Origin: Felis catus
Lineage: Eukaryota
Assembly: GCF_018350175.1 (NCBI RefSeq)
Contig: NC_058368.1
Location: 62,870,001-62,934,000, forward strand
Reading direction: 5' to 3'
Length of the DNA stretch: 64,000 nt
A program made the position numbers and the translations under genes. The notes beneath the pieces are model-generated. The model did no database searches. It saw only the letters and a list, made by a program, of their open reading frames with translations, and was not told the origin of the DNA. Below are positions 55,553-64,000 of the stretch, piece by piece; positions within the stretch are counted from its first letter, which is position 1; the number at the start of each line of letters is the position of its first letter.

Positions 55553-55745
55553 GGGGTGACTGAGTGGCTCAGCCAGATGAGCTTCTGATTCTTGATTTCA
55601 GCTCAGGTCATGATTTCATGGTCATGGGATTGAGGCCCCACATTAGGCTCTGTCCTGAGTAGGGAGCCTACTTAAGATTGTCTCTCTCCCTCCACACCTC
55701 CCCTACTTGTTCTCTCTCTCTCAAAATAATTGTTTAACAAAATCA
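55553..55745 (+). mobile_element. CanSINE (older)
   Basis: ggggtgactgagtggctcag...gatttcagctcaggtcatgat. Confidence 0.88.
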
Positions 55746-55799
55746 AAGACCAATTTAAAAAAAATGGAGCAAAGAGGAAAAATAATCACTAATGTTTAT

Positions 55800-56480
55800 A
55801 CCACACTAAGAATTAAAACACATGAAATTACGGGACATAATATAAAAACCTTGAACTGAAGGATACTCCATTTTTGCATTGAGAGCGCTCACCAGGCCAC
55901 AGTAAAACCAGGAAGGAAGACTCCACACCAAAGCACACAAACTGTAAAACCTGAGAACAGGGGAACAATGGAGCAAGGTCTCTAAAAAACAAAACAAAAA
56001 AAAAAATTTGCTGCACAAAGAATTGAGAACCAGAGAGGCATCCGATTATGAAGTGACACCGTGGAAGCTTAAAGACCCTGTGAAGGTACTTTGAAGAGAA
56101 ATTTATCTACAAAACTGAATTATTAATGAAAGTTTAAGACAGTAAAATGACATTTTCAAAAATACAAATACACCAGAGTACCTCCAGATTACTGTTTCTC
56201 AGTTTACTACTTGAGGCGAGGGTGCCCGGAGAGAATCATGGGATCCAAACCAGGAGCAAGACAGGTTCTGCAGGGTGAAAGCAGGCAGGAGGCCTCCAGT
56301 GCAAGCATCCAGATCAGAATGGAAGATAAGAGCCTCAAGGGAAGAACTGACATATGCCAGCATGGAGAAGGATGTTCCAGACTTCCTTCAGAAATCAGGA
56401 CCATTAGTGGTAAATTACCTTGACAACTGAGCTGATAAAGGAGAAGTCCAAGAAAACCTTTCCAACCTAAACATCTTAGC
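55800..56480 (+). mobile_element. HAL1 or old L1 ORF1-like fragment
   Basis: gacattttcaaa...tacttgagg...catgggatccaaaccaggag resembles HAL1 as recalled. Confidence 0.45.
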
Positions 56481-56779
56481 TGTTACAATCGGAATATTAA
56501 CAAAATATTGTGAACTATTAGAAGATTAAGAACAGAGGCATGTATAGGTGCATGTGCTTAAGGAGTGGGGAGGGTGTGTGCTGTGGTGAGCATGAAGGGC
56601 CAGAGACTTAAATCTTCATTTCCCAGGGTAAGAAATCAAGTAATAGTGTGAGTGGTATAAACAAATTAATGGGAGATAGGGATACTTGATATATTTACTT
56701 CCATAAGAGATTATAGTAGTCTGAGTACTGAAAATTTGGAGTAAAGTTGTGGTAAGATAGGGACTGCTTATGTGTATTT

Positions 56780-56960
56780 AACTTTTGTTTTTATTTTGAG
56801 AAAGAGCACAAGCAGGGAGGGGCGAGGAGAGAGATAATCCCAAATAGGCTTCATGGTCAGCATGGAGCTGAGGTGGGGCTCAATCTCCCAACCACCCAAG
56901 GTCATGACCTGAGCCAAAAACAAGAGTTAGACACTTAACCAACTGAGCTACTCAAGGGCC
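56780..56960 (-). mobile_element. CanSINE
   Basis: gtcatgacctgagccaaaaacaagagttagacacttaaccaactgagc. Confidence 0.88.
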
Positions 56961-57669
56961 AAATGCTTATTTAACTTTTAAAACTGTGCATCTATATTTC
57001 CTTATAAACATGACTGAGTAAAACCATATAATGCTTAAATTTTTTTAATGCTTTAAAATCTTCAATGCCATGCATGTCCATAAAAAAAATTGTACTGTTG
57101 TTTGAAATAGCAAGACTGGAAGTGGTTTAAATATTCATTAAGAGCATGGGGGGAAAAACTACAATTTTTACATTGGGATATAATATGCGTTTGTCAACAA
57201 AAATGCAAATATTGATCTGGAACTCCCACTAAAAGTGCTAAGCCAAAAGATCAGAATGTTTTTAGGTTACACCCTTTGTAGTAAAATGTCTATGGTATGT
57301 GTGTGGAGGGCAATCTATATAATGGGGGATCAATTATACATAAAACATATTCATAGTTATGTATATAATATACCTACTTATATGTAGATGTGTATGTTTG
57401 TATTTTATACGTACAGTAAAAACAAATGTGGTTCAGTCTTCACCTTGGCTCCACCAGTTCCTTGCTCTGTCACTAAGGAAAGAGCTACTATTCTGTGCCT
57501 CAGTCCTCACGTCAACACTGTGAATACACCTATTTTCAGTTGATCATTATTTACTTACACCGGTTGCCAGAGTGTTTCAAGTTTAAAAGCAGACTGTTGG
57601 TCAAAATCTTGTCTATATTTATCAAATATTTAAAAATGTAACTAGTTTTCCTAGTAACTTCATTGCTGT

Positions 57670-57872
57670 TTTTTTTTTAAAACAATTTTTTAATGTTAAT
57701 TTATTTTTGAGAGAGCAGGAGCAGGGGAAGGGCAGAGAGAGGAAAACACAGAATCCGAAGCAGGCTCTGAGCTGTCAGCACAGAGCCTGGAGCAGGGCTC
57801 GAACCCACAAACCATGAGGTCCTGACCTGAGCCGAAGTGGGATGCTTAACTGACTGAGCCCCCAGGTGCCCC
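57670..57872 (-). mobile_element. CanSINE with 10-bp TSD
   Basis: TSD tcattgctgt at 57660-57669 and 57873-57882. Confidence 0.95.
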
Positions 57873-60235
57873 TCATTGCTGTGATATTCTAAGGAATAGT
57901 CGCAAATGTCTAAAAACCTATCCCTAAACTTTTCATCACAGCATTAAAACATTAGAAACATTAAACTTCCAATAATAGGCTGCTATTTAAATCAGATGAA
58001 ATCTACAAAATAAAACACTTCTACTACAACTATCTTTAAATGCTGATATGTTGAAACTAAAAACAAGGCAAAGCTATATCTTCCACATCAAAATGAGAAT
58101 GGTGTCCACTTACGTACGTATTGGTCTTCCTCTTTCTGGATATAAAGACACTAAAATAATAGTGGTTACCTGTGGTTGCTGACAGTATTTGTTTTCTGCC
58201 TTTTACTTAATATCTACCTCCTCCTCCACATTTCTAGGTATGCTTTCTTGCTTGAAGTGTTGCCTGAACAAGGCATGTTCGTAGGGTAGTAAGTAGAGCC
58301 ACATGGTTACGCTTGCATTCACTTTGACAGATGTTTTTCCCTTGTGTCCTCCTGGGTGCGTCTACTTCTGACCAGTTCTATGCTTACCTGGAAGGAGAGG
58401 CGGCTTGGCTGTGACGCACTAGCACACGAACTCCTTTCAGTTCTTGATCACATACCGAAACCTACACCTTGGTCATTAGCAAAAAATAAGCCAGTATTCT
58501 GAATGTTTTCCGGTTAATGAGAATCAACTGTTAGTAAAAGCTTATAGTGGAATCTCCTCTGGATAAAATCATTCTATAGCAAAGCAAATGTTTGGTATAG
58601 ATCAATGGCAAGGCAGCCTGAAGGCCTAGGGCTGAGCTTTATAACTATTCTTATTTTGGGACCAATTAGCTACTGATTCAAATTGTGACAAATTATAGTG
58701 CTTTCTAGCAACTGTTTTTGGAAAGGTAATTCATCACTTCAATATTAAACTTCTATTTCTTAAAACCTCCCACTTTATAACCACTAACCTGAAGTTACTG
58801 CTAACGTAGGGGGGTTTGATACCAGCCAGTACAATCAAGTTTCCTATTCTCATTGGGTTTAAAACATCTTTACATAATTAAAAATTGTCTATGTATCTTG
58901 TAGATAAAAGCTACCTTCCTACCTCACTGGAGGGAGTAAAAAGTTAAGTGTCTTTCCTGATGCGGGAAATCTTTTTGTTTCTATCATCTCCATTCTAAAG
59001 CTCATTGTACACTAATCTTGTTTCTATAGTTACTTTGGAAAAGAAGAATGCATGTTATTACACACCCACTATTTTAAGAATGACCAAAAAGGGTAAGAAC
59101 CCACACATTGCCATTATTTTTAACCTAGGTCCTCACAAGATTAGAGAGATAAATATTAGGGAAGTGAATGCCAAAACATAAAAAATGCATGGAAATCTTT
59201 GAACACAATATTATTCCCTCCAAGGACATAAAGCACACTGTGTATGTGTGACTTCTAAATCACGTCAATGGATGGGAAGGAGTAAGTTTGACGGAAAGAT
59301 CATGAGTTTAAAGGAGGATAGTCTGCAGTATTTTAAAGTCGGGGGAAAAATTTTACTTCTCTGTGCAACCATTAGGATAAAACTGAATTCCTGATAACTT
59401 ATTTCAAAGCTGGTGAGCAATTACATGAAGAGAAAAGATGATAGAACTAATTAATGTATCGTTAAGTGGTGTGGGTAAAAAAAAAAAATCCATAATATGT
59501 AGTTTCAATCCTAAGGAAGATTGTGTGTATATTTGGCAAACGAAGAGAAAATTATGTGATACATTAGATGTTAAAATGCAAGGGCGTGAAAGAGGTACAA
59601 TCGAAGTAGACCAAAAAGATCTGAGGAGTGAGTTGTAATAGATGTATGCCACAGAATGTTAAAATTTTTAAGCATGTGCTAAGAATGGTGTTTACAAAAC
59701 ATTGTCAAGCTTGTGGGGAAATAAGAATCTTCATTTCCTTCTGATAGGCATATGAACCAAGTAGCCATTTCAGATTGTAGTCTATTGCTTAATGGAAGCG
59801 AGGGACTGCATTCCCTATAACCCAGCAATCCACATGGGAAAGAATGTAAAGACAGCACTATTTATAGCAATGAAGAATTGGAATGAAGTGGTCTTTCAGG
59901 ACATGAAAGTGTTACACAAAATTCTATGAAATCCTCTTCAGCAATTTGATATGTAAAAAGACACATTGAGCTTGACAAAAAATCTTAGTACAAACTAGGG
60001 AAAGGAATGACCGATTCAAGATCATTTATATAAAACCATACAAATGGACACCTATCTACGGGTATTTGTTAAACTTGTTATAGAAGAAACCTAAATGGGA
60101 AAGGAAATGAGGAGTGGGGAGAAAGAAGTAGGATAGGGAGGACCTGACTCTTGATGATGAAAAAGGATAGCAGTTCAATCAACTTCCTAGCTCTCTTCAC
60201 TGGGAAAATTGGAATAATTATGTCTCTGATTTCTT

Positions 60236-60253
60236 GGGGGGGGGGGGGGGGGG
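60236..60253. repeat. Poly(G) run
   Basis: Direct observation; similar G runs at ~4504 and ~4831. Confidence 0.95.
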
Positions 60254-60769
60254 AGACTCAGTTGCTGTAAAGTATTCCAATTCAACCAAGTAGCTTTCAG
60301 TACGAGTGAGAAGGGTTGACAGAGCTTTCAGGCATCCCTATTAAGGAATTTAGCTATTTAGATATTTGCACTTCTCTCATCAAACGTTTACTTGTTTAAC
60401 GTATTTATCTTTTTACAAGTTACATCCATTCATTCTGTAGTTGTGGCATTTGTTTCTGTAAGGAACCATAGAATTTAAAGGACATGAAGTCCTACCCTAA
60501 ACCTGGCTGATATCATTATAGGATTTTTTTCACATGTTAAGATACAATGTAAAACAATTACCTATATCTCTATTTATTGAAAAGCTCCCATTGTTTTCTA
60601 AGATCTGACTTCCTGGAAGGAAATCATGTTCTAGTCTAGAACATTTTTAAGTACAAAACCTAACAGTGTTTAGATATAAGGGGATTTGACTATTTCCATC
60701 CATCCTGTAGGTAAATTATTCCCACAGTTTGAGTACTGCTTTGAATTTCACTGAGACCAAAGAAAAATG

Positions 60770-61330
60770 TGCATGTACAGAAATAATGAACGTCAAGAAG
60801 GTAGTTAAATAGCAAAGTACAAATCCTGCTTTCAAGGACTTCATTACCTAATGTAGAAGGCCAGCTGGAAAGCAGCTATTTTTAACCCTGAGTGAAAATT
60901 GAGGGTTTTTCTACCATGATGAAGACCTAATGCAGAATGCTACATAAGAGTTTAGTGTTAGGTTATCTTCACTTTCAGAGGAAGGTACTATATCAAGACT
61001 TGAACATGTTCAACATATCCAGGTAATGGGAGAGACATGTCTAAGTATATATTGATGAGATAGAATACAGCTTATTCTGTAAACTATAAGTACTTTAGTA
61101 TTGCAGGAATAGAATAGGCAAGCTGGTAAATTGTGTGAAATGAAGGAAGGTAATCAGGGGCCAGATACAAAAGCTATAGATCTGGTAATGGGGACTGGAG
61201 ACTGGAGGCAATGAGAAGTCATTTAAATATGACAGTGGTATGATCAACTTGTACATCAGATCAACCTTCTTTATGGAAAACTTGTAACAGGAGGGAAGAT
61301 TTGATAGGAGAGGTGAAGATCTGTTAAAAC
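60770..61330. mobile_element. L2-like fragment
   Basis: cctgctttcaaggacttca, ggcaatgagaagtcattt, gtatgatca motifs. Confidence 0.5.
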
Positions 61331-61344
61331 GGGTGTTACATATC

Positions 61345-61748
61345 CCTAGTGAAAAGAAAAAGCAAACCTGGAGGCAGTAAAAAGATTAGTGTTTGCCAGG
61401 GATTAAGGGAGAGGGACTAAAAGGCAGAGCACAGGATTTTTGGGCCAGTGGAACTTCTGTATGATACCGTAATGGTAGATAAATGTCCTTACACATTTGT
61501 CAAAATCCATTTAATTTTAAAACCTGAGTGAACCCTAACATAAACTGGAGTTTGGGTGATGATAATGTGCCAATGTAGGTTCATCAATCATAATCAGTGT
61601 CCCACTGTGGTTATAGAATGTCCATAGTGAGGAAGGTTGTGGGTATCTGGGGACAAGAGATATGAGAACTCTTCCCATTCAATTTTGCTATGACCCAATC
61701 TTGCTCTGAAACTGCTCTGTAAAAAGGTTTTTAATTAAAAAAAAAAAT
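61345..61748 (+). mobile_element. Old L1 3' end (L1MC/MB-like)
   Basis: gtgtttgccaggg...tgaaccctaacataaactgga...gtaggttcatcaat...A tail. Confidence 0.85.
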
Positions 61749-62995
61749 GGACGCAGTAGAGATGGGAAGAAATACTCAGGAGTTAAGAATGAGGACTAAA
61801 CAGGAATTAACTAAATGTACATTTAATAGAACATAGAAGTGAAAGTGTCACCCGAGTTTCTCATGTCAGAGTATGAAGTAACTTATCAAGGGTAAATGGA
61901 ATAGAGGAGGGGAAATGTGTGAGCAGTGTTTATTTCTGGTAGTACTCAATCTCTGCGATGCACTGTATACTGCAGTAGAGATAGCTGGAAAATGATGGCA
62001 GAGGCCAACAACTTGAGACGATGGCCCCAGAAAAGCAAGCTCTAAATATGGGTATAATAACTGTGTCTGGACTTGATGTTATATGATGTAGTCCCATAAC
62101 ACAGCTTTGTGTTAAGATTATAGTATCAGTAATAGTAATAGCATTCCTTTTCGGGTATCCTAATGACCATCTTATATATATGGAAAGAAGAGAACAATTT
62201 GCTACTTAGATGGTTACCTTTAATAAGGCGTGCTTATTACTAGAATCCTTGTGATAACTAAGGGTAAGGCAAGATGGAGGAAAGGTTTATGGTAAGTACA
62301 TACAAAATCTACCCTGTTTTTCATCAGAGGGAGGTTAAAATAAAACTATTCTCCATCCCCATGGCAATAAAAAGATGGCCATTGAAAACTGCCTTGTGTG
62401 TAGATGTATCCTGAACTGAGCATCGGGGATCTATTCTTTGTAAAGGGTTATCCAGCACCTATTAATTCTATAAATAGTCTTCTTAATATAGAAATAGGCT
62501 ATATCCTTTTGACCAAAAAAAAAAAAAGTATTTGGAAAGATGTGTTTTCAGAAAAGGTCACTTACTAAAAGGACTGGCATGTGCAGAGCTCTTACTACTG
62601 AGAAGAATGAATTAGAATTAAATGACCCACTTTCAAACTTGCTCATGGCTTGGAACTCAGTATCCTTCTGGAGCCTTGTAAAAGGAGTTGAGAAGACCTT
62701 TGAAGTCATTAACCCAGGAGAGACCCAAGAAATGAAGTCCCCCCCAACCCCCTTTTTTTTTTTTAAACAAAAGAGCCAGTTATTGGCTATCTAAGCCTAA
62801 CTATAAGTGACGTCCTGTCTGCAGTAAAGAAGGTAAACAGAGGTGACAGAGCCAAGCTAAAAAATGGAGAAATTTGTGGGAGAACACATTCCATACAAAG
62901 GACCAAATCTTCACTTGCCTCATGTAGAAAAGCGGACCTAGTTGCATTAAAACTATAAACAAAATTATGTGTGCATAATTCTGAAATCACGTGGA

Positions 62996-63425
62996 TGTAT
63001 TAGGGTTGTCCACTGACACCGAGCCAGTAAGAGATGTATGTATGCATGTGTGCCAATTTATTTTAAGGAAATGACTCACAAATATGGAGGTTGGCAATTT
63101 CGAAATCGGCATGGTAGGCCAGCTGGCTAGAAAGTCAGGAATGAACCAATGTTTCAGTATAAAGGCAGACTTAAATTCTGCTAAAGATGGACAGAATTTC
63201 CTCTTTTTTCCAAGGAGGTCAGTCTTTCTATTCCTACAATTAGAAATTGCCCACCCATGTTAGGAAAAGTAATTTGTTTTACTCAGTCTACTGATTTCAA
63301 TGTTAATCTCATCTAAAAATACCTTTATTTTGTGTCGCGTATTTCTTTATAGAGATACTTACAGTAATGTTTGACCAAATATTGGATAATATGGTCTACC
63401 CAAGTTGACATATAAAATTATATAT
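62996..63425 (-). mobile_element. ERVL LTR, MLT2-like
   Basis: tgtattagggtt...ttttaaggaaatgactcac...tgttaatctcatctaaaaatacc...caagttgacatataaaatta. Confidence 0.85.
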
Positions 63426-64000
63426 TTTTGCCCCAAAACTTGTATATCTCATTCTCAGTATAATAGTATAATTGATCTCCAGTGGTGGGTACGAGATGGT
63501 GACCAAGGAAGGATGAATATGGTCTGCCAGGTTTGCTTTTGCACTCTTGCTGAGACATGGAATGGGTCTAATCAGAATGGATGAGACAGCAAGAAAATGC
63601 AGACTGCCCACATGCTGGAGATGATAAAAACAAGTTTTGTGATTTCCCTGTGAATTTTGAAATGTGAGAAGTCTCATCTCTCATTTGACAGGAAGAGACC
63701 TTTTGCTCCTAAAAGTACTTTGGATATCTCTAAGTTCAGACAAACACCTCTCCCTTTCTTTAGGGTATCAATAAGATCTGTAGAGTAGTATCAGATCTTA
63801 AATCAATGAAATATCAAAAATACTTGTACACTCATGGGAGCCCAGTGGTGCAATTTCTAAGAAAATTTCCATCTGTTAATCTCAATACCCTGGTCTCCAA
63901 GAACCTTAGTACTTAGACTTTGGACTTATAAGCACAGTATTCCATAATGCCTAGAGATGCTATTACAGTCAGTTCTAGAGGCATCCAAACATGGCTCTCT

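Overview
AT-rich, repeat-dense carnivore DNA, most likely a cat or other felid (young SINEC_Fc-type SINEs). I found no intact protein-coding gene. Most of the window is CanSINEs, L1/L2/MIR/HAL1 fragments, MaLR/ERVL/ERV1 LTRs and MER5/MER20, plus a processed HNRNPA1 pseudogene (17409-18776, minus). The main unexplained structure is at ~5700-9400 (+). Manual translation there shows a heavily decayed Ty3/Gypsy (sushi/chromovirus-like) gag-pol, with motifs in canonical order: Gag, CCHC knuckle, protease, RT, RNase H, integrase, GPY/F and possible chromodomain. Its spacers are oddly contracted, a MER5 interrupts it, and a CpG-retaining LTR cluster lies just upstream. Also seen: an unidentified 286-bp L1-retroposed insert with a perfect 13-bp TSD, two hairpin-flanked micro-inversions, a twin-primed L1 and a close inverted pair of young SINEs. 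Repeat family names come from recall of consensus sequences, not a search, and old-repeat boundaries are approximate.
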